A DNA stretch of 64,000 bases from Planctomycetota bacterium (GTDB taxonomy: Bacteria > Planctomycetota > B15-G4 > JADJEK01), in contig JBGAIQ010000009.1 in assembly GCA_044225365.1 (NCBI GenBank), forward strand, positions 1 through 64,000, read 5' to 3'. A model generated the notes under the pieces. That model made no database searches. It had not been told where the DNA came from and saw only the letters and a list, made by a program, of their open reading frames with translations. Both the position numbers and the translations under genes were made by a program. Positions 20,211 to 30,643 of the stretch are shown here, in pieces. The first letter of the stretch is position 1; each line of letters starts with the position of its first letter.

Positions 20211-22499
20211 ATGCGCCCTTTCGCGACCCTAGTGAACCCGTTCATGTCCGGTGCGATCGCGGTTTCCTTCGGCCTGCCAGGATGCGCTGCGAGCCTGGGC
20301 GAACGCGCGCCCCTCGTCGCCGCGGATCGCGTCTCGACCCTCGACGCGCAGATCGATCGCATCTTCAAGTCGAACGATTTCGCTGCTCCGCGCTTCGGCC
20401 CCGCGCGCTGGCTCGCGGACGGCACGGCCTATGCCATCGTCGAACGATCCGATGCCGGCGCCGACATCGTGCGCTACGACGGAAGGACCGGCGCGCGCAG
20501 CATCCTCGTCGCCGCCACGCGCCTCGTCCCGGCCGGTGAGAAGAAGGGCCTCGACGTCGCGGACTACGCGTTCTCGAGCGACGGCCGGCGATTGCTCATC
20601 TTCACCAACACGCAGAAGGTGTGGCGCGACAACACGCGCGGCGATTACTGGGTGCTCGATGTCGCGGGCGGCGCACTACGAAAGCTCGGCGGCGGCGCCG
20701 CAGCGAGCACGCTCATGTTCGCCAAGTTCTCGCCGGACGCGACTCGCGTCGCGTACGTGCGGGCGAACGACATCTACGTGGAGGACGTCGCGAGCGGCGC
20801 CATCACGAGGCTCACGCACGATGGATCCGAGACGACGATCAACGGCACGTCGGATTGGGTGTACGAGGAGGAACTCGGCGTGCGCGATGCATTCGCTTGG
20901 AGCCCGGACGGCACTCGGATCGCGTACTGGCAGTTCGACACGTCCGGTGTCGGCGTGTTCTCCCTCATCGACGACACCGCGACTCTCTATCCGACGATCA
21001 CGCGCATTCCCTATCCGAAGGTCGGCACGGCGAACTCAGCGGTACGGATCGGCGTCGTCCCCGCGCTCGGCGGCGAGACCCTTTGGATGAAGACGCCGGG
21101 CGATCCGCGCGATTCCTACCTCGCTCGCATGTCGTGGATCGACGACGCGACTCTGAACATCGGGCAGCTCGATCGCCTGCAGCAGAAGCACGATCTCCTG
21201 ATCGCGGACGTGACGAGCGGGGAAGTTCGTCGCGCCTTCCGCGACGAGTCGAGTGCTTGGGTCGACGTCAGCGAAGCCCGCCCGGTGGAGAACGGCAACG
21301 CATATCTATGGGAGAGCGAGCGCGACGGCTGGCGACATCTCTACTCCGTGCGCAGGGACGGGAGTTCGAAGCTCCTCACTCCATTCGACGTCGACCTCAT
21401 CGGCGACGTCACGGGCGTCGATGAATCGAGCGGCTTCGTGTACTTCCTTGCGTCTCCGGACGACGCAACGCAGGCCTATCTCTATCGATCGCGGCTCGAC
21501 GGAACGGGGCGACTGGAGCGCGTCACTCCCAAGGATCAGCCGGGAACGCATTCGTACACGATCGCGCCCGGCGGGCATCTCGCGTTCCACACCTGGTCGC
21601 GATTCGACATGCCGCCACGGCTCGAAGTCGTCACGTTGCCCGAGCACGCGACGCTGCGGCCGCTGACCGACACGAAGCCCCTCGAAGGAAAGCTCGCAGC
21701 GCTGCTGGATCCGCCGGTGGAGTTCCTGAAGGTCGACGTCGGGAACGGCGTCGTCCTCGATGGCTGGATGCTGAAGCCGAAGACGTTCGAACCGACGAAG
21801 AAGTACCCCGTCATCGTCCACGTGTATGGCGAGCCCGCGGCGCAGACGGTGACGGATCGGTTCGGCGGCGGGCGCATGCTGTTCCACCGCGCTCTCGCCG
21901 ATGCGGGGTACGTCGTCGTGAGTTTCGACAATCGTGGCACGCCCGCGCCGAAGGGCGCGAAGTGGCGACAGTCCATCTACGGCAAGGTGGGCGAGCTCTC
22001 TGCGCGGGAGCAGGCGGAGGCGGTGCGACGCCTCGCGGCGGATCGATCGTACATCGATCTCGATCGGGTCGGTATCTGGGGCTGGAGCGGCGGCGGGTCG
22101 AACACGCTGAACTGCATGTTCCGCCATCCCGATGTCTTCAAGGTCGGCGTCTCGGTCGCGCCCGTGCCGGATCAACGGCTCTACGACACCATCTATCAAG
22201 AACGCTACATGGGGCTGCCGGAGACGAATGCCGAGGGGTATCGCATCGGATCCCCCATCCACTTCGCGGAGGGACTCGCGGGATCCCTGCTCATCGTCCA
22301 TGGCTCGGGAGACGACAACGTCCACGTTCAGGGAACCGAGCGCCTCGTCGATCGCCTCGTCGAGCTCGGCAAGCCTTTCGACCTGATGATCTACCCGAAC
22401 CGCACGCACTCGATCTCCGAGGGCGCGGGCACCACGCCCCACGTCTACCATTTGATCGCCCGCTACTTCCTCGCGCACCTCGCGCCCGGCGCCCGGTAA
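20211..22499 (+). CDS. S9B dipeptidyl peptidase IV family
   Basis: DWVYEEE, GWSGGG, DDNVH, YPNRTH. Confidence 0.95.
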   Translation: MRPFATLVNPFMSGAIAVSFGLPGCAASLGERAPLVAADRVSTLDAQIDRIFKSNDFAAPRFGPARWLADGTAYAIVERSDAGADIVRYDGRTGARSILVAATRLVPAGEKKGLDVADYAFSSDGRRLLIFTNTQKVWRDNTRGDYWVLDVAGGALRKLGGGAAASTLMFAKFSPDATRVAYVRANDIYVEDVASGAITRLTHDGSETTINGTSDWVYEEELGVRDAFAWSPDGTRIAYWQFDTSGVGVFSLIDDTATLYPTITRIPYPKVGTANSAVRIGVVPALGGETLWMKTPGDPRDSYLARMSWIDDATLNIGQLDRLQQKHDLLIADVTSGEVRRAFRDESSAWVDVSEARPVENGNAYLWESERDGWRHLYSVRRDGSSKLLTPFDVDLIGDVTGVDESSGFVYFLASPDDATQAYLYRSRLDGTGRLERVTPKDQPGTHSYTIAPGGHLAFHTWSRFDMPPRLEVVTLPEHATLRPLTDTKPLEGKLAALLDPPVEFLKVDVGNGVVLDGWMLKPKTFEPTKKYPVIVHVYGEPAAQTVTDRFGGGRMLFHRALADAGYVVVSFDNRGTPAPKGAKWRQSIYGKVGELSAREQAEAVRRLAADRSYIDLDRVGIWGWSGGGSNTLNCMFRHPDVFKVGVSVAPVPDQRLYDTIYQERYMGLPETNAEGYRIGSPIHFAEGLAGSLLIVHGSGDDNVHVQGTERLVDRLVELGKPFDLMIYPNRTHSISEGAGTTPHVYHLIARYFLAHLAPGAR

Positions 22500-22550
22500 G
22501 CATTCCTTCCCGGTGGAACGCGCTCCCGCCGGACCCCTTGTGGAACAGGT

Positions 22551-22773
22551 GGCGGACACGGATCGCAGCCGCCGCCGCCGGGACTCGGCGGAGACGGATC
22601 GCAGCCGCCGCCGCCGGACTCGGCGGAGACGGATCGCAGCCGCCGCCGCCGGGACTCGGCGGAGACGGATCGCAGCCGCCGCCGCCGAAATCAATCGGCG
22701 GGGACGGATCGCAGCCGCCGCCGCCGGGACTCGGCGGAGACGGATCGCAGCCGCCGCCGCCGGACTCGGCGGA
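22551..22773 (+). repeat. tandem array, 6 x 35-39 bp unit GGCGGAGACGGATCGCAGCCGCCGCCGCCG(G)GACTC
   Basis: Visible repeats between convergent genes; same core as the 5618 array. Confidence 0.95.
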
Positions 22774-22822
22774 TCACCGTGGCGGCGGCGGACCGCGTCC
22801 GACTCCGCCGCATTCGACCACG

Positions 22823-24052
22823 TCAATGCAATACGCGGCAGCGAATGGTCGCCGGGATCTCGCGAAGTCGGTCGAGCGCCACCGCGCTCGATTCCTGGTC
22901 GATGTCCATGACGACGTATCCGATCGCATCGTTGGTCCGCAGGTACTGAGCGGCGACGTTGACACCGCTGTCCGAGAACACGCGATTGATCGCGGAGAGC
23001 ACGCCGGGGACGTTGCGATGGATGTGCAGTAGCCGGTGCTTGCCCGAATGCGGCGGCAGCGCGACCTCGGGGAAATTGACCGCGGACTCCGTGGATCCAT
23101 TATCGCTATAGCGAATCAACTTATCGGCGACCTCGAGGCCGATCTTCTCCTGCGCCTCCTCCGTGGACCCGCCGATGTGCGGAGTGAGAATCGCGTTGTC
23201 GAGTGCGCGGAGCGGCGATTGGAATTCTTCGTCGTTCGACCTCGGTTCACTCGGAAAGACGTCGATCGCCGTGCCGAAGAGATGACCGGACCGCAGCGCT
23301 GCGGCGAGCGGCTCGATCTGAACGACCTTTCCCCGCGACGCATTGATGAGCACGGATCCCTTCCGCATCCGCTCGATCTCGCGCGCGCCGATCATGCCGC
23401 GCGTGAGTTCGGTGTCGGGCACGTGAAGCGTGACGGCATCGGAAACGGAGAGCAATTCATCGAGCGACGTCGCGGGCCGCGCATTGCCGAGCGCGAGCTT
23501 GCCGACGATGTCGTGGAAGACCACGCGCATGCCGATGTTCTCGGCGAGGATCGAGAGCTGCGTGCCGATGTGCCCGTAGCCGATGATGCCGAGCGTCTTG
23601 CCCCGCGCCTCGTGCGATCCCGCCGCCGACTTCGACCACTGCCCGCGGTGGAGCTCCGCATTCCGTCTCGCGACGCCGCGCATCAGAAGGATCACCTCGG
23701 CGAGCACGAGTTCCGCGACGCTGCGCGTGTTCGAGAACGGCGCGTTGAAGACCGGGATGCCAAGATCGCGCGCCGCATCGAGGTCCACTTGATCGGTCCC
23801 GATGCAGAAGCACCCGATCGCTGTGAGACGACGCGCCTGCGACAACACCTCGCTCGTGAGCTGGCTTCGCGATCGAATGCCGACGAAGTGCGCATCGACG
23901 AGCGCGGTCCGCAGCGCCTCACCGGACAGCGATTCCCGATGCACGCTGAGATTCGTATACCCCGCGCTCCGCAGCGTCGTCTCCGTGCTCGGATGGACTC
24001 CTTCGAGCAGGAGGAAGCGGATCTTGGATTTGTCTCGGCTGTGTTCGGACAT
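22823..24052 (-). CDS. serA: D-3-phosphoglycerate dehydrogenase
   Basis: GCFCIGTDQV, APFSNTRSVAE, GYGHIG, TPHIGGST, C-terminal ACT domain. Confidence 0.96.
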   Translation of the reverse strand: MSEHSRDKSKIRFLLLEGVHPSTETTLRSAGYTNLSVHRESLSGEALRTALVDAHFVGIRSRSQLTSEVLSQARRLTAIGCFCIGTDQVDLDAARDLGIPVFNAPFSNTRSVAELVLAEVILLMRGVARRNAELHRGQWSKSAAGSHEARGKTLGIIGYGHIGTQLSILAENIGMRVVFHDIVGKLALGNARPATSLDELLSVSDAVTLHVPDTELTRGMIGAREIERMRKGSVLINASRGKVVQIEPLAAALRSGHLFGTAIDVFPSEPRSNDEEFQSPLRALDNAILTPHIGGSTEEAQEKIGLEVADKLIRYSDNGSTESAVNFPEVALPPHSGKHRLLHIHRNVPGVLSAINRVFSDSGVNVAAQYLRTNDAIGYVVMDIDQESSAVALDRLREIPATIRCRVLH

Positions 24053-24110
24053 GCGGCGCCTCGATGCTCGAAGGATTGCCGCGAGACTCTAAGCGAAAAT
24101 CGGTACGACT

Positions 24111-24899
24111 CTATCGCCGCACCCGGCCACGAACCGCATTGGCGAAGGCGCTCAACACGATTCGGCCATCTGAGTCCGGCACGAAGCGCGACGCCAACCG
24201 CGACTCGAGCCGCGCGATGTCGGCCCCCGGCATCGCGGTGATCTTCGCGCCCACGCTCGGCGAGAGCCGAATGGTCTCGAAGTAGTCCCGCGGATCCGCG
24301 AACGTGCGTTGCGTGGGGATCACCCGGGTCTCGATGTCTTCGAGGCCCGCAGCCGCCCATAACTCCTGCATCGCTGCGATTCGCGACGCGCCGGGGCTCG
24401 GGGGCTTCGGGACCGGCAAGCCCATCGACTCCAATTCGACCAGTAGCGAGTCATACGGGAATCCCCCTTCGAGCATGTCCCACGCATACGCGGCGACGAG
24501 GCCTCCCGGCGCCACGACTCGCGCCATTTCGGCGATCCCCTTCGCCGGGTCGGGCACGAAGAAGATCACGAGCGGCATGACGGCGACGTCGAACGAATCG
24601 TCCGGGTACGACAACGCCATCGCGTCCCCGGACCGAAAGCGCGCGAGTCGCGCCGCGGGCCGGGTCCGCGCGAACGCGAGCTGCGCGTCCGACGGGTCGA
24701 TCCCGTCGACGGACGCCGGCGCGCAGCGCTCGACGATCCGCTCGGTGAATGCGCCGTTGCCGCAGCCGACATCGAGCCAGCGCAGTCCGGGACGCGGCGC
24801 GAGCCAGTCGAGGAACGTCGCCCCGACCGCGCGACTCCAGACTCCCATGAATCGCTCGTAGGCGGCGCCATCGTCGAAGCGGATCGGTTCACTCGTCAT
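24111..24899 (-). CDS. class I SAM-dependent methyltransferase
   Basis: YERFMGVWS, WLDVGCGNG. Confidence 0.9.
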   Translation of the reverse strand: MTSEPIRFDDGAAYERFMGVWSRAVGATFLDWLAPRPGLRWLDVGCGNGAFTERIVERCAPASVDGIDPSDAQLAFARTRPAARLARFRSGDAMALSYPDDSFDVAVMPLVIFFVPDPAKGIAEMARVVAPGGLVAAYAWDMLEGGFPYDSLLVELESMGLPVPKPPSPGASRIAAMQELWAAAGLEDIETRVIPTQRTFADPRDYFETIRLSPSVGAKITAMPGADIARLESRLASRFVPDSDGRIVLSAFANAVRGRVRR

Positions 24900-25611
24900 C
24901 GGTACGTACCTCGATTCTCGAGGCGGGTTCGCGCGCGGGCTGCGCATCGGCCGCTTGATCATTGGGTGCTACGGGGGGTGCTACGGGGCTCGGGTCCCCG
25001 AAGTACCGTTCCCATCGCTGTCGGATCCGGGGTAGCTCGCGAAAGCTGTCGATTCGGCCCTCCGTCGTGAAGGTGCGAAGGCCCTCGAGAAGCACCTCGC
25101 GCGCGGATTCTCGCTCTCCCGCGATCATCAAGAAATCACTCGCGCGATCGAACATCCAACGCTTGCTCCGCAACTCCGCGGCGGCGCCGGTCCATGTCGA
25201 AATTCGATCGAGGAACGGCAGCCCGACGTTCGAGATATCCATCCTCAGTTGCTGCCACTTACGTGCGTCGCTCGGCGCATTCGAGAGCGCGAAGTGGTCG
25301 GTCGCGGAGCGCGACCAACCCGGGATGTTCCACTCGACGAGTCCGCCCAGCGAATCGGAATTCGCTGCGCTCCCCCACGTTCGAAGGTGCCACCTCGAAT
25401 ACTCGGCATTCGACGCTTCCCAAGCCGACCAGAATTCACACGTGTCGCCGCGGTTCGCGCGTGAGAGTTGGAAACGCACGAAGTGGTGGACACCGCCCAC
25501 CGTCACCCTCTCGAATTCGAGCTTCGACGCGCGAAATCGAAACCCGATGTCTTGGAAGAACGGAACGAGGTGATCTGAGAGGCCCGAGAGGAATCGTTCG
25601 CGCGGCTTCAT
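24889..25611 (-). CDS. hypothetical protein (DUF4304-like N-terminus)
   Basis: LVPFFQDIGFRF..., GLPFLDR. Confidence 0.7.
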   Translation of the reverse strand: MKPRERFLSGLSDHLVPFFQDIGFRFRASKLEFERVTVGGVHHFVRFQLSRANRGDTCEFWSAWEASNAEYSRWHLRTWGSAANSDSLGGLVEWNIPGWSRSATDHFALSNAPSDARKWQQLRMDISNVGLPFLDRISTWTGAAAELRSKRWMFDRASDFLMIAGERESAREVLLEGLRTFTTEGRIDSFRELPRIRQRWERYFGDPSPVAPPVAPNDQAADAQPAREPASRIEVRTDDE

Positions 25612-25681
25612 GCCGATCTCCCGCTTACCTTCGTCGTCACGAAAACGCCAAATTGGCCAGCGCCCGGATCGCGCCCCAGGC

Positions 25682-28600
25682 TCATCGCTGGGCCGCTTCC
25701 TCGATCGGCACCTTGCAGAACGTCAGCGCGGCGATGCCGTTCTCGCCGCGAAGGAGCGCGTCCTGGCTCCAGTGTGCGCTGTCGAGATAGGTGATCGTGG
25801 TCGCGGAGGAGGCCTCGCGCAGTTCGAGCGTGAGGACGTTCCCGTCCACGCGGCCCGCCTCGACCTCCGCTCGCGCGCCGTCGAGGTAGAACTGTCCAAT
25901 CGATTTCTCGTTCCAGACGAGCCGCTGATCGAACTCGAGTCGGATGCGCTTCGTGTCCTTGGAATCGCGGTACGCGTGCAAGAGATCCGGTGGCGTGATC
26001 GAGGCGAGCGGGGTCTTTCCGTATAGGTCGCGCTCGACGAGTGGATGGATGAGCCGCGCGAACTCGGCCCACCCCTCGAACGGGAAATGGCAACCGCCCG
26101 CAGGCGTGATGCCGAGCGTCGACATCATCGAGAATCGCGAGAAGCTGCGCGGCAGTTCGCGCTGCACCTCGCGCAGCATGTTGTCGGAGCCGTCCACTCC
26201 CATCGCGCACGCCTTCGGCCAGATCTGGAATGCATACCAATGCTGGACGTTCGGATAATCGCGGCGCCAACCCGCGGCGAGTTCGACGAAGTCGTCGTGA
26301 TACGTCTCGAACCCGTAGCGGCCCGACGGGCCGTCGGCGCCCTGATCGCTCTCGCCCTGGTGCCAGAGGATCGCGCGGATTCCGTGAGTCAGCTTCGCTT
26401 CACGTACGCGCCACAGGAGTCGGCCGTAGATCGTGTTCACGTCGTCCGGCGTCGAGGCGTTGCGCCGATGCTGATCGATTCGCGTGCCGCCGACCGCCCC
26501 ATTCACGAAGCAGACGGGAATCTGCTCCGATTCGACGAGGCGCCGTCCGAGGTCGAGGGCCCAGTAACCGATCTCGAACAGGCTCGTCTTGCGATCGCGG
26601 CAACACGCCGTTCCCCAAGCGTGCGTGCGCGCGAGTGAAGGGTCGCTCGAAGGGCTTCCGAACGTGCGCACCCAGGGATTCTTGTACGGCGGATCGTCGC
26701 CGGGAAAATCGGTAGCGAGCGCGTTGGATTGCCCCGTGACGATGAAGGCGTCGCCGCACAGGATGTCGTCGACGCTCTTCAGCACGGTCTCGCGACCGTC
26801 CTTCACGGATCCGAAGACGGCGCTGTAGTGAACGAGGCCGGGCTTCAATTCCACGACGAGTGAATAACGCCGATCCACCCCCAGCGTCGCGACCTTCTCG
26901 TCGAACGGCGCCCCGTCCACGGCGACGCGAACGAAGACGGAATCAGCGGCTTCGGCGAGCTTGCCTCGACAGACGAGCGAGCCCATTCCGGAATCATCGC
27001 GAGCATAGAAACGGCCCGACTCCGGCCCCTCTTCCTCAGGAAGCGGTTGCGCCACCCAGGCGTCGGCATCCGGCTCCTTCACTTCGATCGCGATCGACTT
27101 CGGGCTGCTCGCGCCGCCATTGTCGATCGAGCATTCGATCGTGAGCGTTCCGCTTCCCAGCGCACGCTCGAGGACGAGTCGACCGGGCTCGATCGCCTTC
27201 GATACCGCAACACCCTTCAACCGCCATCGTTCGTTCACGTCGCCGACGCCATGATCCTCCAGCTCCGTCGCGTTCGTGATCGTGGGCTCGATCGTGATCG
27301 TCGAACGGCCATCCCACGTCTTCGGCGCAGCGAGCGTGAATGCGGGTTCGGGGATGCTCTCGCGAATCGTCACCGGCACATCGATCGTGCGCGTCTCGCT
27401 CGGGTAGACCGCGACGAACCGCAGAGTCCATGTTTCGTCGTGCGTCACGCGAGGTGCTCGCAACGTGAACTCGAACGCATCGACCGCGACGACCGACTCC
27501 TCGCCGTCGCGCACGATACGCCAAGAGACCTTCTGCGCCCCACCGGCCTGCGCGGACACCGTCTCGATTCCACCTTCGTCGAGACGGAGAGACTTCGTCG
27601 ATACGCCGAACTCGGACCCGCCGCGAACGAGCGAGCCGACGAGCGTCTGCGTCGGCTTCTGGTTCTCGTATTCCAGATGGATCCAGTCGGGCGAGCGCGC
27701 GACCCGGCTGATGCGGACTTCGTCCACGTCGCCGCGAAAGCCATGTCCGTGCCATCCGCCGATGTCGAAGCGAACGACCTTCGGGATGTCGAGGATCGGC
27801 GTCGCGGTCCCATCGAGTTCGCCGTTCAGGTAGATCCGCGAGTCGCCCTTCTCATAGGTATGAACGACGTGGTTCCACCCGCCGAGCACGAGCGGACTCT
27901 TGCCGAAGACGTCCGCGAAATAACATTGGATCGCGGCGCGCGGCGGGCTCAGGAGATTGAGCATGACCTTGCCCGGTCGTTGCTCCTGTCCCCACGCGAG
28001 CACGGTCGAGTTCACGCGCTCGGCGAAGAACCAGGCCTCTGTGCTGCTGGCGTCCGCGCCGTGCGGAAACGTCGCGATGTCGTCGCCGCAGAAGATCCCG
28101 CTGTCGCCGTCGAACCGCCGTGCAAGTCCGATGCGTCCCGGCACGGCTCGCGTGTTCTCGTTTCTCGGGTCGACCTTTCCTACTGAATCCGCGAGCGGAT
28201 CGCCGAGGTGCAACGCGCTGACGTAGCCGTTGAATTCGCCGAATACCGCGCGCGGATCGGATTCGCGCGCAGCATCGGGATTTCCCCAATGCAGCACGAG
28301 GCGTTGCCGCGAATCACCCGCGATGCGCGGAACCCGCACCCAGACGCACGCGCTGCCGCCCTTCGGATCCCACGATTCGATTTCGTAGTGAAGGGGCGAG
28401 CCGTCGTCGCCAAGAACGCGCAGGTCCGAGCCATCCGGTTTCGCTGTATCGAAATCGAATCCGGAACGATCGAGTCGCACGAGCACGGGGAAGTCGATGG
28501 CCTCCGCGGTCGCGGGGAGATGGGCGCCGTCCTTCGTCGTCAGCAGCCAGATCTCGCCCGCATGCTTCCATCCTGGCAAAGACGCGACGCCCTCGACGAC

Positions 28601-28693
28601 GCTCCCCGCGCGCCCGAAGGACCCGAATGCAATCATAGCGAGCGCCGCGAGCGCGGCGACGAATGCGGGCCTCGCTCGTGGCGAATCGCTCAC
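25682..28693 (-). CDS. secreted DUF2341 + LamG + SASA esterase multidomain protein
   Basis: DGSDLR..YEIESW..WVRVP; GDVDEVRIS; TGQSNA, WHQGESD. Confidence 0.88.
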   Translation of the reverse strand: MSDSPRARPAFVAALAALAMIAFGSFGRAGSVVEGVASLPGWKHAGEIWLLTTKDGAHLPATAEAIDFPVLVRLDRSGFDFDTAKPDGSDLRVLGDDGSPLHYEIESWDPKGGSACVWVRVPRIAGDSRQRLVLHWGNPDAARESDPRAVFGEFNGYVSALHLGDPLADSVGKVDPRNENTRAVPGRIGLARRFDGDSGIFCGDDIATFPHGADASSTEAWFFAERVNSTVLAWGQEQRPGKVMLNLLSPPRAAIQCYFADVFGKSPLVLGGWNHVVHTYEKGDSRIYLNGELDGTATPILDIPKVVRFDIGGWHGHGFRGDVDEVRISRVARSPDWIHLEYENQKPTQTLVGSLVRGGSEFGVSTKSLRLDEGGIETVSAQAGGAQKVSWRIVRDGEESVVAVDAFEFTLRAPRVTHDETWTLRFVAVYPSETRTIDVPVTIRESIPEPAFTLAAPKTWDGRSTITIEPTITNATELEDHGVGDVNERWRLKGVAVSKAIEPGRLVLERALGSGTLTIECSIDNGGASSPKSIAIEVKEPDADAWVAQPLPEEEGPESGRFYARDDSGMGSLVCRGKLAEAADSVFVRVAVDGAPFDEKVATLGVDRRYSLVVELKPGLVHYSAVFGSVKDGRETVLKSVDDILCGDAFIVTGQSNALATDFPGDDPPYKNPWVRTFGSPSSDPSLARTHAWGTACCRDRKTSLFEIGYWALDLGRRLVESEQIPVCFVNGAVGGTRIDQHRRNASTPDDVNTIYGRLLWRVREAKLTHGIRAILWHQGESDQGADGPSGRYGFETYHDDFVELAAGWRRDYPNVQHWYAFQIWPKACAMGVDGSDNMLREVQRELPRSFSRFSMMSTLGITPAGGCHFPFEGWAEFARLIHPLVERDLYGKTPLASITPPDLLHAYRDSKDTKRIRLEFDQRLVWNEKSIGQFYLDGARAEVEAGRVDGNVLTLELREASSATTITYLDSAHWSQDALLRGENGIAALTFCKVPIEEAAQR

Positions 28694-28713
28694 AGCCGTT
28701 TCTCCGTGGCGCC

Positions 28714-29688
28714 TTACTTCGCCTTCATGGCGGCGTCGAGCAGCTTGATGAGTCCCTCGCGGTCGTACGCATAGGGCTGCTGTTCGTTCAACTGCACGAC
28801 GCGGGCGATCGCGGCCTTCAAGGTGATATCGGCTTCGCCCTGATCGGGCACGACCATGTAGCGACGCTTCGGATTCTCATCGGAGAGAGCGTGGAAGAAC
28901 GCGTCGGCGACTTCGTCGGGATCCTTCAATGCCCCGCGATCGTCCGTGTCCTTCAGCATGGCCTCGAATTCCTTCGCATAGCGTGAGTCCTTGCCGCCGT
29001 AGCCGCCATCGAGGATCCGCTGGCGCATCGGTTTCTCGATCTCCGATCGATAATTACCGGGCTCGATCACGCTGACGCGCACTCCGAACGGCTCGAGCTC
29101 GGCCGCGAGCGTGTCGGTATAGGCTTCGATGGCGTGCTTGCTCATCGTGTACGCACCGCCCATCTTCCACGCCACGAATCCGGAGATCGAGCCGGTCGTC
29201 GTCACTCGTCCTTTGTTCTCGATCAGCAACGGTGCGAAGGCCTTCGTCACGCGGAAAGGCCCGAACACGTTCACGTCGAGCTGGAACTTCAGATCGTCGT
29301 CCCTCATCTCGATGAGCGGCGCGATGACGCCGACACCCGCGTTGTTCACGAGCCCGTAGAGTCCGCGCCCGGCATCGCGCACGAATTTCACGGCGGCATC
29401 GATCTGATCCTGCTTCGTGACGTCGAGCTTGATCCCCTTCACATTAGGGATCGCGTCGAGCGCCTTCAGATCCTCGTCCTTGCGGGCGCCGGCATAGACG
29501 AAGAAGCCCTTCGCCGCGAGAACTTCCGCCGTCTTGCGGCCGATACCGGTGCTGGCGCCCGTGATGAGGACCGCTCGCTGCGCGGTCGGGGCGACGGGCG
29601 CTCGAAGCGCGTTCGGCACCGTCGACACGGCCGGGACGATTCCGATCGAAGAAAGGAGCACGAGAGACGGAACGAGTCGCAGAAGCAT
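28714..29688 (-). CDS. SDR oxidoreductase with N-terminal signal-like peptide
   Basis: TGASTGIG, NNAG, YTMSK. Confidence 0.92.
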   Translation of the reverse strand: MLLRLVPSLVLLSSIGIVPAVSTVPNALRAPVAPTAQRAVLITGASTGIGRKTAEVLAAKGFFVYAGARKDEDLKALDAIPNVKGIKLDVTKQDQIDAAVKFVRDAGRGLYGLVNNAGVGVIAPLIEMRDDDLKFQLDVNVFGPFRVTKAFAPLLIENKGRVTTTGSISGFVAWKMGGAYTMSKHAIEAYTDTLAAELEPFGVRVSVIEPGNYRSEIEKPMRQRILDGGYGGKDSRYAKEFEAMLKDTDDRGALKDPDEVADAFFHALSDENPKRRYMVVPDQGEADITLKAAIARVVQLNEQQPYAYDREGLIKLLDAAMKAK

Positions 29689-29768
29689 CGGCGGACCTTT
29701 CGTAGGAGGCAGGGCGAAGCATCACCGAGAGGCTCACGATACCGGCTGCTCTGCGTGACGAAGAGCGA

Positions 29769-30068
29769 CTACTTCTTCGCAGCCTCACGATTCTTGCGCC
29801 GCAACTCCGCGAGCGCTTCGCGATCGTCGGCCGGCGCGATCTCGCGCTTGAAGCCGGCATCGTTCTGCTGCTTCGTCCATTCGCGAAGATGCTTGGCCTC
29901 GTCGTAGTCGGCCGGCACTTTGAACGGAATCTCTTCGAAGAAACGCGCGCGTTCACCCGTCGCGGGGTTCTCGAGAACCTTGATCGGATCGGGAACGCCG
30001 GGCGACCCGCAGCTTGGAGTCGTCTGCGCCAGGAGCAACCATATCGCCCACCTGAACCACGTTCGCAT
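29769..30068 (-). CDS. hypothetical exported/lipoprotein
   Basis: Hydrophobic N-terminus ending PSC. Confidence 0.6.
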   Translation of the reverse strand: MRTWFRWAIWLLLAQTTPSCGSPGVPDPIKVLENPATGERARFFEEIPFKVPADYDEAKHLREWTKQQNDAGFKREIAPADDREALAELRRKNREAAKK

Positions 30069-30084
30069 GCGGCCGATCCTCCGT

Positions 30085-30540
30085 TCAACCCATCCCGAAT
30101 TTCGCGGGGCTTGCGGTACGTGTCGTTTCGACCGCGAGTCCATCGAGCGCCTTCATGAGCGGGCGAAGGCAGGTTTGGTCGGTCTCGAACGAGAAAGTGA
30201 GTCGAGTCGGATTCTCGGATGCGATCGCGAGTTCGCCCGACACGCGAACGTGCCCGCGAGGGAGCATCGTGAACGCCAGGTGCTGACTCGAATCGACGTC
30301 CTCTTCGAAACGAGCTTCACCGCTCAGGTCCTCGTCCATCCGCGCAATGGCATCGCGAGCTGCTTCGAACGAACTCTCGCTGAAATAGAATTCGCGTCGA
30401 GCGGAAAACCCGTCGCAGTGGACACGCAGTTCGCAGCTGAAGCCGGAGCCGTCGTGGAAGCGCTGGATGTCCCACAGTTCGAGGGAGGGATTCGACGAGT
30501 TCGTAGCAAGGCGAATCGAGGTCACGGATCCGACGGGCAT
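30085..30540 (-). CDS. hypothetical protein, WapI-like immunity protein
   Basis: FSA..F..LSGEARF..GHVRVSG..FETDQTCL pattern; GGAGG RBS. Confidence 0.65.
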   Translation of the reverse strand: MPVGSVTSIRLATNSSNPSLELWDIQRFHDGSGFSCELRVHCDGFSARREFYFSESSFEAARDAIARMDEDLSGEARFEEDVDSSQHLAFTMLPRGHVRVSGELAIASENPTRLTFSFETDQTCLRPLMKALDGLAVETTRTASPAKFGMG

Positions 30541-30643
30541 GGCGTCCTCCACTCCGTGCGATCCGAGGGAATCGGAGCAGCGAGAGGGGTGCACGGTACT
30601 CCGAATCCGCCACCGACGCTTCGTGATTCGGGCGCGGGCCGCG

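Noticed and set aside
24963-24986. 12-bp tandem duplication GGGTGCTACGGG
   Set aside because: Simple in-frame slippage in a disordered C-terminus
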